A stretch of DNA of 64,000 nucleotides from Marsupella aquatica. Its lineage: Eukaryota > Plantae > Marchantiophyta. How positions within the stretch are numbered: position 1 is the first letter of the stretch; each line of letters opens with the position of its first letter. A program made the position numbers and the translations under genes. This document shows positions 42,864 to 54,630 of this stretch, one piece after another. The notes under the pieces are model-generated. The model searched no databases and had not been told where the DNA came from. It was given only the letters and a program-made list of their open reading frames with translations. The stretch is from assembly GCA_973895155.1 (NCBI GenBank), contig OZ316893.1, positions 26,462,798-26,526,797 of the forward strand. The letters run 5' to 3'.

Positions 42864-43000
42864 GCAATTCCTGACATCCAAGCACCTCAACGCTGTAGAT
42901 GTGTCCAGTATAGCACTTCTGATCAGACGGGTGAAGTCAAGTCACGAGCAGGCAAGATTTCCGGGTGATGCAAGTCACGGTTTATATATTCTTGGGTGCA

Positions 43001-43209
43001 ATATATCCCACAATGCTCTCTAACTAGGATATTACCCTATCCATAATTATTGGCAAAGGTGATGATTAGATTGAGATATTGACCACTCAAATGTGGGCTA
43101 AAGCCCTCTTATTGGGACAAGATATATTCCACAATGCTCTCTAACTAGGATGTTACCCCATCCATAACTGTAGACAAAGGCGTTGAGTGGATTGAGGCAA
43201 TATTGACCA
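43001..43209. repeat. Tandem duplication, about 120 bp x2, in the 3' region of the AspAT gene
   Basis: CCACAATGCTCTCTAACTAGGAT.TTACCC.ATCCATAA twice. Confidence 0.8.
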
Positions 43210-46200
43210 ACCCATATTTTCAATTCAAGCAGCACTGCCCTAGAGTCTTAAACCACACCTGCCCCTATAAAGGGCTACGGGTAACCCGTAGCTCTCATTC
43301 TAAAGAGTACAAGTTCAGAAATGGGTTTTGAGTTTCACAAAAGGTGCTGACTGCAAAACCTTTTTTTGGTAAGTACTAGTCGCGGAACTCGACTACCTTA
43401 ACACTTAGCTCCGGCGTCGCTGACTCCGACGCCGAGCTCCCTTATGGTCCAGGCCCGGATAGGCCATCCGGGGAGGACTTAGCATGGGGAGACTTGTGGG
43501 CAATGAGACGTGGCACTAGTGAGGCAAAGGGCCAAGTTGGGGACACACACTAAGGACTTGGACTAGCTTATGGCTGGTTGGGTCAAGGGGAAATGGGCCG
43601 GGCTCAAGGGTGGCCGTTCGGACCATCGGATGGGTTTTGAGTTCTGAGGGCTTGGAAGTGAGCTCCTCTTGGGCCCAAGGCCAATGGAGTTGATGCCATT
43701 GGCAACGGACGCTTGGGGCGCAAGTTGTGGCCCGAGCCGGGTTGGACCGGTCGGGGGCCCCGAGCGGCGATCAGACCTGAGGGCCTAGGCATGAGCACTG
43801 GGTCGGCCCGGTCACAACAGGCTAAGGCACTCCGCTTGCGGATGCCTATCAAGAAAGTTATGGGCGTTGCCAGTTGGTGGCGCGCCCATTATGCGCGATG
43901 GGATCCGGGTTGGGGGCCAAATGTTTAGGGACCAAAGCTGGTCCGGGGGTGGTAGGTCTCCAGAAGCATATATGAGGGGAGTGATGTCTCCCTGGGGGCT
44001 AAGGGCGAGCCGAAGTCGTGAGCCGCGGGCGGTCGCGACACTAAGGGAAACCGCCAAACGGAAATGGCGATATCTTCCCAACGGGAAGTCTGTTGGAGGA
44101 CTTCTTAGGTGCGTTGCAAAGCTCTTGAGGAGGGCTCGCCTGAGCTCAGCTGGGTCTGGGGGTGCCATGGGTTCTCGTGGTTTGCGGGTGTTAGCTCGCC
44201 CGTGTACCAAATCCTGCCGAATAGCAGCCAAGCCGCGTTCAGTCTCCCAAGGGAGCTTGCGTTGGGGAGGCAAGGCCAAGTAGGTATGGAGGCTGAGTCC
44301 CAAGAGCGCTCGGTCCCTAGACCATCAGTGGGGCAAACTGGGAGTCGGTGTTAGAGTCGGGGCCGTTCTGGTCTTGGCGTGTTGAGACAAGCTTGGGACA
44401 AGCTTTAGGACAAGCTACGCTATTTGGGCCATGAGCATGTCTTGAGGTCAGGGCGGTCAGTTGGTGATGGATAGGTACGAGGGGGAACCCGGGCCGCGCC
44501 CAAGGAAGGAGTTGTCCTGGACGGACAGTGGGCGTGGGTTCTGGTTCCGGCTTATGGCATCGGGAGGACCTATCGCTGACCTATTTACCAACGTCTGTTG
44601 AGCTTGAGTTAGGATGCTAGACTTGGCGCGTTCTAGATCTGGCAGGGTTACTTACCGAGGTGCTTGGTTGTTTGTGCAGGCAGTGAGGACCGTTGAGTAG
44701 CGGTCATGTAGGTGAGCAAGTGCGGCTTCGTATGGGAGTGGCCGCTGGTGGTGCTAGAGGCACTTGGATGCTTGCTCGAGGTATTCTGTGGAGGCGTTCG
44801 GGCACCAAGGGCACTTAGGCACAAGTGTTGGGATTGGTGAGGGCGCTGGGTGGCAAGGTCCACCACTGTACTCCACAAAATGTGCTATGTTTCCACCTTT
44901 TATGGTGAGTAGTGAGACATGGAATGAGGCTTTTATAGTAGCAGGTGTGGTTTAAGCAAAGTCTCATATGATTCAATCTCTATAGGTGCAAGAATTTATG
45001 GTTACTTGTTTCCTGGCTTAATAGTAGTGATCATTTTTCCTTTCACTTGGTTTGTTAACTCATACTCTAATAGCAAACAGTTTTTGTTGAAAAAATAATT
45101 ATCCCTGTTGTGACCGAACTTGATGATGTGTTTCAACAGGGTGCTAGAGATGTTGGAAGGAGCCTCCCATTGGGTCTGTAAGGAGTGAGATAAAACACAT
45201 TCCTTGGGAGTTTATACAAATACATTCCTTGAAAGTTATATACATTTTTCGTATTTAATAGGAGTGGTCATCATTCGCTTCACCTACAGTTCCCGGGCTA
45301 CAGTAGTTCCTTAACTCATAACTCTCTGAACGTGCATGGTCAAGGACGCTCACTCTCACATAATGAGGTATATTGTCGACCATATATCGTTGACCAGCAT
45401 ATGGGGGGAGACCTATATGGGAGTCAATATACATCATTATGGGACAAGCAAGGGTTCTTGACTATAAGTTAAGGAGCTAGAGATGATGTAAACATTGACT
45501 TTTACATTCAGGAAACCTGGATTCTAATGTATCTTATTATAAAAGCGCCAACTGAAGCCTACTCTTATGGGCCTAGGTCTGAAGTCTCTTAACTGTAGGT
45601 CCCAATACAGACAAAACTGATAATGAGGTTGTATAAGGCCAAAATTTTAAATAAGGATGGACAAAAGTAACATGAGCTCTAAAAAATAGTCTGAAATGAG
45701 GATGAACTAAAAACAAGGATGGGGCAAGGACTAAGCAAAATAGCATATAATTTTTATTATGCAAGATATTTCTTCATGCTGATCTATTTAATCATAGGGG
45801 TACAGTAGTCTGTGTATCGTAATACAGTGAACATAATGAGATGTAATGATCTGCAAAATTAAGCTTACAGCCCCCAAAGGGTGAAGAATAACATCCTTAA
45901 CGAGTGAGACAATACACGTTCCTTGGACCTCGCCTCTGAAAGAGAGTTTTATACGGAGTATCTAGCTATGAAAAACTCATTCGGGCCCAAAAGGAATTGA
46001 ACGGAATCCATCTCCTCATCCTCAGGCCCCGCTCTTGACCACATAAAGACGGCGATATGCTCGGCATCCTGTTACAAAAGGGACTGTAGAGTGTAGACCG
46101 TAGCAACCTTACCCGAAGCACGAAACTCGAAAGGTGCCTTTTGGTTGTGTGCACGAAAGGAGAGGCGTAGGACCGCAGCTGAGAAGTGAGAACCATTCAG

Positions 46201-46867
46201 TAATGGAACGGAGGACAGGTAGCAGCTGGCCTTGGGCTAGCATGGTCAGGCAAGACATTTGATTTGTGGGTTCGTTTGAGTCGAGGAGAATTTGGAGGAC
46301 ATCGAAGCTGGCTTCTCGTATGACGGTTCAGGATTCGGTTGGGTTTGACGATGGTTTTCTGATGAGCTGAGGTGGAAGAAAGGCTTGTGACAAGCAGCTG
46401 CAACAGTATGGTGATATGAGGTTTCTTTCAGAGTAGAGGGAGTAATTGGCTAGCATTCGGGGTTCGAAGAACGAAGATCTGGCTTGAAGTTGGATTTGGA
46501 GAAGAATTTAGCAGGATGGAGCTACAGCTACAGGACGTTGAGCTTGGATTCGCATGAGTAGCAGCATGCGGGTCGAGTCGGACCTTCTTTGCCATCGTTG
46601 TCCTCCTGGTGAAGCTGCTGTTTCAAGGTGTTGCAGCAGGAGTAGTTCAGAATACTTACCTCAGTGGAAGAAGAAATGATGCAGCATCAGGATCACCATC
46701 AGGGTCTGGGTTAGATTTGAATTTTTCTTGGAGGAGAGAACAAAGGAGCTGGCGAAATTGGCTGGCGCGCTGGCCTTTGTCGGAGAACTTAGTGATTTCC
46801 CGTATTAGGGTTGGCAGATTTGGAGGGGCGGAAGTATTAAAGGAGGTGATCGAGAACCAGCAGCAGT

Positions 46868-48499
46868 ATGCAGTATGCTGTGGATCTTCGCAGGAACACG
46901 TGGTTGGGAAGTCCGGTAGGTCCATCTCCTTGCCGTTACAACAGGAGTGGCCCAGATTCACTGCTGTGGAAGAATTGCAGCACCAGCATAGGGAGTAGCC
47001 TCATCATTAAGATGGAGACGAGGGCGGTAGGAACTGTGGCAGCGGTGGTGGCCGAAACAGGAATGTTGGAGGAACCAGTCATTGCAGAGAAGGTAGGCGG
47101 TGCACCTCAGGAAGGATTGCATCCTTTGAGCCACAAGAGAGTGGTGCTCGTCAGGCATGGCCAAAGTACTTGGAACGAGAGCGGCAGAATCCAGGGAAGC
47201 TCTGACTTCTCAAGATTAACAACCAAAGGTGAAATCCAGGCCGAGACCTCTCGGCAAATGTTGCTCGCAGACTCCTTCGATGTCTGCTTCCACAGCCCTC
47301 TTGCAAGGTCCAAGCGAACCGCTGAAATTATTTGGGATTCTCGCAGTAAAGAGGATATGGTTTCCATGGATGACCTTCGGGAGATAGATCTTTATTCGTT
47401 CCAGGGACTTTTCAAGGATGAAGGCAAGGCTCAATTTGGAGAGGCCTACAAGATGTGGCAGAAAGACCCTTCCAACTTCGTGATCGATGATCACTATCCT
47501 GTCCGTGAATTGTGGGAGCGTGCTGCGAATTGCTGGAACACCATTCTCAGTAGTAGCAAAGGCAGCTCAGTTTTGGTGGTTGCTCATAACGCTGTCAATC
47601 AAGCTCTTGTAGCCACTGCAACGGGACTTGGTCCAAGGTACTTCCGGCATCTGCTTCAGAGTAACTGTGGTGTGAGTGTTTTGGACTTCACTCCCAGAAT
47701 TGGCAAGGAGGGGCCTCCATATGTGTGCCTGGATCGGCTGAACCAGACACCAGCCCCACCAGTGCAGAGGAAGTCAGGCACTCAGATTTTACTAGTGTGC
47801 CACGGTGCCACAGATTCCTCTTTTAAAAAGAGATTCTCCATTTCAGATACGGAACCCATGAACATGTTGGGGACGATTCAGTCAGGGAAAACGGCAGAGC
47901 TCTTACTGGACGTTGCTGTGGATTCTTTGATCTGCAGCCCTCAGCCTTGTGCTCTGACCACAGCAGCTGCCATAGTTCAGGTTCAAGAGGCCGCCGATTG
48001 CTTGGGAGGAGACTGTGTACCGAGGTATGTGGAGGTCACTGAACTGCCAGAATTGAGAGATTTGAACTGGGGCAGCTGGCACGGAATGCCAAAACAGGAA
48101 GTCTCTGTGGATGGGGGCAGATGGCAGGAATACTTGCTCCAGAATTCTATCGTTGGGGGTGAATCTGTGGAAGAACTCTGGCGAAGGGCTGGCCAAGCCT
48201 GGCAGTCACTCCTGAAACATGTACATAATTTAGAGGCTGCTGAAGACGGTGTCGGTGGTGGAAAGACAGTTGTTGTAGTTGGTCACGAAGTGTTGCATTT
48301 AGCAATTCTTTGCCACTGTCTGGGCTTAGACCAGTCTTACCTTCCAATTTTTCATCTAGACACCAGCAGCTTGAGTGTAATCGATTTGCCAGATGGTGCG
48401 TTTGGGAGAAGTATTGTCAGGTGCTTAAATTATACTGCCCATCTGGGACGCTGGGCAGTACCAGTGACAAGGCTCCCATCGGAAGATGAAGAGTTTTGA
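46868..48499 (+). CDS. Two-domain histidine phosphatase (PGM family), probable 2-carboxy-D-arabinitol-1-phosphatase (At5g22620-like), likely plastid-targeted, intronless
   Basis: 543-aa ORF: LVRHGQSTWN, SPLAR, LREI and VVAHNAVNQ in domain 1; LVCHG, GESVEEL and VVGH in domain 2; transit-peptide-like N terminus. Confidence 0.9.
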   Translation: MQYAVDLRRNTWLGSPVGPSPCRYNRSGPDSLLWKNCSTSIGSSLIIKMETRAVGTVAAVVAETGMLEEPVIAEKVGGAPQEGLHPLSHKRVVLVRHGQSTWNESGRIQGSSDFSRLTTKGEIQAETSRQMLLADSFDVCFHSPLARSKRTAEIIWDSRSKEDMVSMDDLREIDLYSFQGLFKDEGKAQFGEAYKMWQKDPSNFVIDDHYPVRELWERAANCWNTILSSSKGSSVLVVAHNAVNQALVATATGLGPRYFRHLLQSNCGVSVLDFTPRIGKEGPPYVCLDRLNQTPAPPVQRKSGTQILLVCHGATDSSFKKRFSISDTEPMNMLGTIQSGKTAELLLDVAVDSLICSPQPCALTTAAAIVQVQEAADCLGGDCVPRYVEVTELPELRDLNWGSWHGMPKQEVSVDGGRWQEYLLQNSIVGGESVEELWRRAGQAWQSLLKHVHNLEAAEDGVGGGKTVVVVGHEVLHLAILCHCLGLDQSYLPIFHLDTSSLSVIDLPDGAFGRSIVRCLNYTAHLGRWAVPVTRLPSEDEEF

Positions 48500-50699
48500 T
48501 TGTATGATTATCATCAGTGGTTAATGGTCAACTTTAGCTTCGTCAAGAAGACGACAAAAATTGTAAGGGATCACATGAGACCAATCTTCTAGATCTTATG
48601 CAGGCTAATCACATGCCTAAATTAAACTGCCCATCTAGGCACTGCGAATGAAGCATAAGAGGACCATAGCTATGTATCTGCTAATGCTAGAATAGGGCAT
48701 CTGATATCTGTCACTTTGAGCCATCATCGAATTTCTTTGAAGATATCACTGTGTCCATGTTACTTGCCAAAAGGACTAGCTCCTTGCCAGCCAAGGATCC
48801 CCTATTCTGACCGGCAACAGTTATCGAGGAACGTTTCAGTTTTAACACAAATGACCTCATGCCAAAGCAAAACCTGTTTCTATAAGAGCCACAGTAGTAT
48901 GGCACTAGGAATTTCCTTTTAATTAAGAAGTAATGTTTGCCCAAGTTTTCAGTATTTATTTCCTGTTGTCAAGAAATGGGCCTCTCTGAAGTAAGAATTA
49001 CCCAACAAATTTCAAATGCCAGAGAACCTCGACGAAGAAACCTTGCAGCATGCTAATCCGCAACACTGTCCCGACAGTGCGCTGCCCTTGCCCGGGAGAA
49101 AAGGACAAGTATTGGAAGTTAAACAGGGGAGTACTCTAGTGGAAGGAAACCAATTCAGCAGAAAGGAGTAAACAACTGCCAGACAACCTCGTGGTGATAA
49201 TTTACTGGAAAGCCTTCCAGCGTTTGCTTAGTTCACGTTGTATGTGCTATTGCACTCACCTCGGATCAGTCTCATCTTGTGAAAACCTGTGTGACGAGCC
49301 TCCTACATATGAAATTGGTTCTAAAAAATGATGCTGGGAAGACTTTGATTGTTCTTCAGAAATTGAAGATCTGATGAACCACAAAGAAAATAGGAAGAGC
49401 TTGAGCAACATGAGGAGAGCCAACCAGTCTCTTGAACATGACCTCTTGTCTTTCTCATGGTATTTACAGGGAATCCAATTATCAAGAACTTCTGCATAGG
49501 TTTTGTTGTCATGTACTTTGGCAACAGAACTTGAAAGCCAAGCTCCATAGTTAGTCCATGTCAGAGTCCCTGGTCTTATTTCCTGGTTTGAACCTGTCAA
49601 CTGAACCCGGGTTCAACCTGAAGTCCGCCACAGGTGAGGGTGACCTGTTTTTTGCCCTCATAGTCCAAAAACCCATCTAGTGTAAACCAACCCTCCATAG
49701 ATTTTCTCCTGCAACTCACTCTGTGGCTTGTTGTGAAGCAATTATTTCCTCTAATCTGCTGAGGCTAGGCCTTACAGTCTTACTGATAAACAAATGAAAG
49801 TATAGACTCGGTCAACTTCAATTTCACTTTTCAATCATGCCCAAACTCACTTTTCAATATGGACATTCAAGTGAATATGATATATAAATGCAAGCACTGA
49901 AATTGTGTGGGCTTCCAACTCTTTCTTGTACAATCAATAATAGACTCAAATTGGGAAGTGAGAACCCAGGCAACCAAGGCAGGACTGACATTTTGAGGAT
50001 CCCTACAAAAACCCGTTTTCCCAAATTGCTATTGCTAGTTCATGAAAACTATGATTAGTTACACACATTGATTGAGAACTCCAGGCGGGATGTGAGAACA
50101 CAAATGCACATTTTACTGCCTACTAATGACTGTAGTTTAGGCTAGCATGTGACCCAGTGTTTTTGCATTGGCTGCCAAATTCTTAGGCAAAGCTCTGGGT
50201 TGGCTACCTATGTAACAGATTTTTTTTCACCAAATTCTCCACTTTCCTTACTCCTTTGACACAGACCCTGGTGGCCAGATCCAATGGTACTCCTTAAATC
50301 TCAGAAAATAGAATTGTGCAGGCTAGACAAGGAGCCCTACGTAAGGGAGAGGTGTAACAAACCTCCCACTTTTTTTCACATTTCAGTTAGTCTCCTCCTG
50401 TACTATGACTAGCCTCGTCCACAATTTCAGGAAAATTCTCCTACAATGGTGAAACCCCGGGTGAAACATGGTGGATAGAGATATGATGATGGAAAGCCCC
50501 AAGTCAATTTAAAACCTTTTCTCTTTTTCCAAGGTGGCTAATGTCACCTTGTGTGAAGAAGAAGATTCTCAGAATAGTTCTTATCATATATATCACACTG
50601 CCAAAAAGACTAGATTGCCAAACCGGAAGACATGCTCCCAGAGTCAAAAGAACCCAATAAAGGGGGAAAGGGAAAGACCCCAAGAAGACCAAAGAGGCC

Positions 50700-50885
50700 A
50701 AACAAGTCAAGGAGTATCCCACAAAACAAAAAAACAAAGCAAACAACAAACTAAAAACCCTACTGGGTGGTAAACTGAAAAGCTTGGTAGAGCTATGGAG
50801 TAAACCGCATAGGAGGGTCACGAAGGGGAATCTGTCGTCAAAATGAGGTGGAGAGCACCAAAGACCTTGTCGTGGTACACATCGC
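50700..50885 (-). mobile_element. 3' fragment of the CRE/RLE-type LINE family
   Basis: Shares AAACTGAAA...TGGTAGAGCT.TGG.GTAAACC and GGTGGAGA.CACCAAAGACCT with 53105-53340. Confidence 0.55.
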
Positions 50886-51365
50886 TTGTCACATACATCC
50901 ACAGCTAAACACAATACATCACACATACATAAGAGAATGGAGAACAAGTGGAACTCATGTCCACACATGTCCAAAACCCACAATAATCTTCACTGAAATT
51001 GATCAGCAATTGACACCGACAATACACGATCAATCCCGCCTGATCCAATCACATATGTATGTCAAGCCCAACGCACCTTGCACTCAAGGAATCAACGTTA
51101 CATAGAAGGAGCTCTCAGCCATCATAGCCACAACTCAAGCTCCCCTCTCTAAGGCTCAACATCGAAAGATAACCTTTTGATGCCTCACAATGCATGGAAG
51201 AACTACTCTCTACACAAACCCAAACTGAACCCTATAGCACACTTACAAAATGTACAAACCTAGATAGTACAATATACCACAATACCACCTAGAATGGTGT
51301 GACAACTTCAAGGGCAAAAGTGTAGAAAAGATCCCCCGAGTAATGAGTCGCATAAGCTTCGTCCT

Positions 51366-51915
51366 TCATGAAAGCAATCTGGACGTCACCAAGGCCACCA
51401 ACGGATCAATGTGAAACACATCTTGAGATAATGCGGCCTGCAAAAACTCACGTACAAAGGCCTCCTCCACAAAAGGTACACCGAGAACCTGAATGCCCTG
51501 AGTTTGGATGGGGATACAAAGGGGCGGGGAGAAAGAGTCCGGGAGGGGATGTGGAGACCAAATCGCACACTTGTGAGGCTGAACATAAAGGCCAAGTAGA
51601 GACAACTGGTCCACAAAGTGAACATAAGCATCCCCTAAAACTAATGTCAATCTACCCCACAAGATGGGTATCATCAGCAATGGATGGAAAGTGTGCCATG
51701 GCAAACATAGCCCCCCCAATATCATCTCCGTGTCTTGTGCCTGACTCAGAAAGAATAGTTGTGTAAGACCCAAGGCTGAGACGGTCAGGGTAGAACAAAA
51801 AGGCAGAGGACCCATAGAAAGCACAAAAAAAAGGAATGAGGGATGCAATTGCTCCACTGGCATCCTAAAGCTCCTCAAAAATGGCCCATTGTGAAATTAT
51901 GTTGAAGGCATTCAT
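51366..51915 (-). mobile_element. RT fragment of an RLE-type (CRE-like) non-LTR retrotransposon
   Basis: NAFNIISQWAIF, SESGTRHGD.IGGAMFA, ADDTHLVG, LGLYVQPHKCAIWSP and GIQVLGVPF, with stops and frameshifts. Confidence 0.75.
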
Positions 51916-52463
51916 TGCCCTCCACACAAATCCCCGCAGCAGACCCAAAGCCAACTACCACCAAACCAGCCAGACACCGCCATGGAACCCAAATCAACAC
52001 GGCGAATGAAAAAGGCGAGTGGAGGAGGACCCATAGAAAGCACAAAAAAAAGGAATGAGGGATCCAATTGCTCCACTGGCATCCTAAAGCTCCTCAAAAA
52101 TGGCCCATTGTGAAATTGTGTTGAAGGCATTCATTGCCCTCCACACAAATCCCCGCATCAGACCCAAAGCCAACTACCACCAAACCAGCCAGACACCGCC
52201 ATGGAACCCAAATCAACACGGCGAATGAAAAAGGCGAGTGGAGGAGGACCCATAGAAAGCACAAAAAAGGAATGAGGGATGCAATTGCTCCACTGGCATC
52301 CTAAAGCTCCTAAAAAATGGCCCATTGTGAAATTGTGTTGAAGGCATTCATTGCCCTCCACACAAATCCCTGCAGCAGACCCAAAGTCAACTACCACCAA
52401 ACCAGCCAGACACCGCCATGGAACCCAAATCAACACGGTGAATGAAAAAGGCAAGTGGAGGAG
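51797..52463. repeat. Tandem repeat, 219 bp x3, near-identical
   Basis: GAGGACCCATAGAAAGCAC at 51806, 52025 and 52244. Confidence 0.93.
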
Positions 52464-53249
52464 GGCCAGCCGCATGCACGGGCCACTCCTCGCAGGGGGG
52501 AAGAGGGAATGTCAGCCTCGGCTGACTACCACCCCTCCAAGAGGGAGGGAGAGCCTCATAATGGCCCCCCGAGGCCCTCCTCCGATCCCCAAATCCCGCC
52601 TCCCCTCCACGAACCCGACTCTCCCCTTTGTCACCGCTCCACTCATGCTGTACTTTTTGACTCTTATCTAATTATTCTAGATTTATTTTTGACCTGTAGA
52701 TCTATCTCCCTAGATGTAAGGATAATTGTCAGGCTAATGGGGTCTGTGGTCGGGTGGAAAAGTGGTCAGTCAAAGACACAAAAGCCTTGCCCCAAGCCTC
52801 GGGGAAGTTTCTTAGAAGTGTGAAAGACATTTTACTGGCATGGAAGTTTGCAAAATTTGGCTACTAGAAAAACGTTGATGCCTCCTCTTCTAGGCTGGCC
52901 TCCTCCAGGTCTGAAGATGGACGGTGGTGCTTTAAGACACCTCTCTTTTTGGAATATCTCACACTCCCAGAAGGGACTTGCCACCCTACCGTACTAACTC
53001 CACACTGATATAATGCCTCTATGCTACAATACAAAGTAAAGGTTGAAACTGTTCACATGCACTTGACCAGATGTGCGTCTGCATGCGAAAACCAAAAAAA
53101 CCTAAATGGTCGAAAACTGAAACCCTGGTAGAGCTTTGGGGTAAACCACATTAATAGGTCATGAAGAGGAATTGTCATAAACTCAACAGCCTCAGCTCTA
53201 CGAAGAATGGTGAAAGCCTGAGCCCTCTAAAGTGCCATTGACACCCTAT

Positions 53250-53740
53250 GTCAAAAGAAGGTCGTGAGGACACATCAAAAAAGTCACACAAGCCCAAAGA
53301 AACAAGTCAAAGCAAGGGTGGAGAACACCAAAGACCTCAAGAGCAAAAGGGCAGAAATTAAAGATCCCTGGGTAAAGACGAGGGTAAAGAATGGAATAGA
53401 CCTCCTCCTTGAGCCTTGGCTGCAGCATGTCAAAGCACATGGACGGCAACCGCAACGTTGCTCCTGCCAATAGGATTGGCAACCACCACACGAGCCACCA
53501 TATCACCAAGCCAGGGCACAAACTCCAGCCCGAGAAAATACCAGGTCAGCCGCCGCTGGTCAGGAACGCCATCACATTGGTGGGGTGAGGACATGTTGTT
53601 GCTCCATAGCAACATGTTAGCGAGAGTCCCGGGAAAATGGCCGCCGCCAATGTCATTGTGTGTTGCAGTCCGTTCGCTCCTGTGGTTACACCTGAGAATA
53701 TGATCACCCCCATGGTCAAGAGTCTTCCCAGAGACACAAG
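53250..53740 (-). mobile_element. Zinc knuckle and restriction-like endonuclease remnant of a CRE-like LINE
   Basis: GDHILRCNHRSERTATHNDI, ADLVF...VVVANP and PFALEVFG motifs across frames. Confidence 0.65.
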
Positions 53741-54109
53741 TGGGTTTATCGAAGAGGCAGGGGTGTGGGAGACCCAGTCAAAGGCAAAAATACGCGGTGA
53801 AGAGGAAGGAGCTCATGTGGAATGGGGCCCACAAAGGACTAGCGGAAAGCCAGGCTCGAGAACCCGATCCCGAAAAAGATATCACATGTAGGAAAATAAA
53901 GTTAGAAAGAGATTCTAGTCCACCTGCAGCAGAGCTGAAACTCAAACAAGCATTTCACCTACATAGCCCAGGATGCACATCCGCAAAGAAAGAGTCACTG
54001 GTATGGTACCAAGTCAACAATTTATTACGGCAACCCGTCACTACGCGGATAGCACTTTCTCCATATAAGAAATCCTTATACATATATACTTTTCTGGTTA
54101 TGTTCTGCA

Positions 54110-54630
54110 ACCTGGTCCATCCAGGTTGTAAGGTTCATGGGAGTCATCCACTTGAGAATGGTTTCCCAAACATTACCAGGGACTTAAAATCCCCAAAACT
54201 GAAGTCCCCATATACTTAAACATCTTACAAAATGTCTGGCTGGATGGGCACAATCCAGATGGGGTACAAATAAAACTTCTGTACTCAGATAGCAGTTGTT
54301 CTTTGTACAGAGGCATACTTTTTCAGGGGTAATAGTAACCTGGTCCATCAGAGTTGTAAAATTCAAGCCATTGGTCCATCTCAGACTAATTTCAAACATT
54401 ACTAAAAATTCTGTCAAGGACTGAAATTTCCAAATTAAAGCCCCCATGGACCTAAACATTTGATAAAATGCCTACATCAACTTATCAACCCAGATGGACC
54501 ATATAGAGAAACCTTTTTGTACTCAGATAGTAAATGTTTTTTTAAAAACAGTACTTTAATGATCAATGACTGTGTCCATCCGGGCTACAAGGTTCATGTG
54601 AGTGGTCCAACCGAGCATTAATTTCACAAA
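54110..54630. repeat. Degenerate tandem repeat, about 230 bp x2.3
   Basis: AACCTGGTCCATC, CAAACATTAC, CCAGATGG and TGTACTCAGATAG recur in register. Confidence 0.65.

Noticed and set aside
46652-46662. U1 snRNA 5' end (ATACTTACCT); also TTACCTGGACG at about 28384
   Set aside because: The match ends after about 10-11 nt and no U1 body follows.
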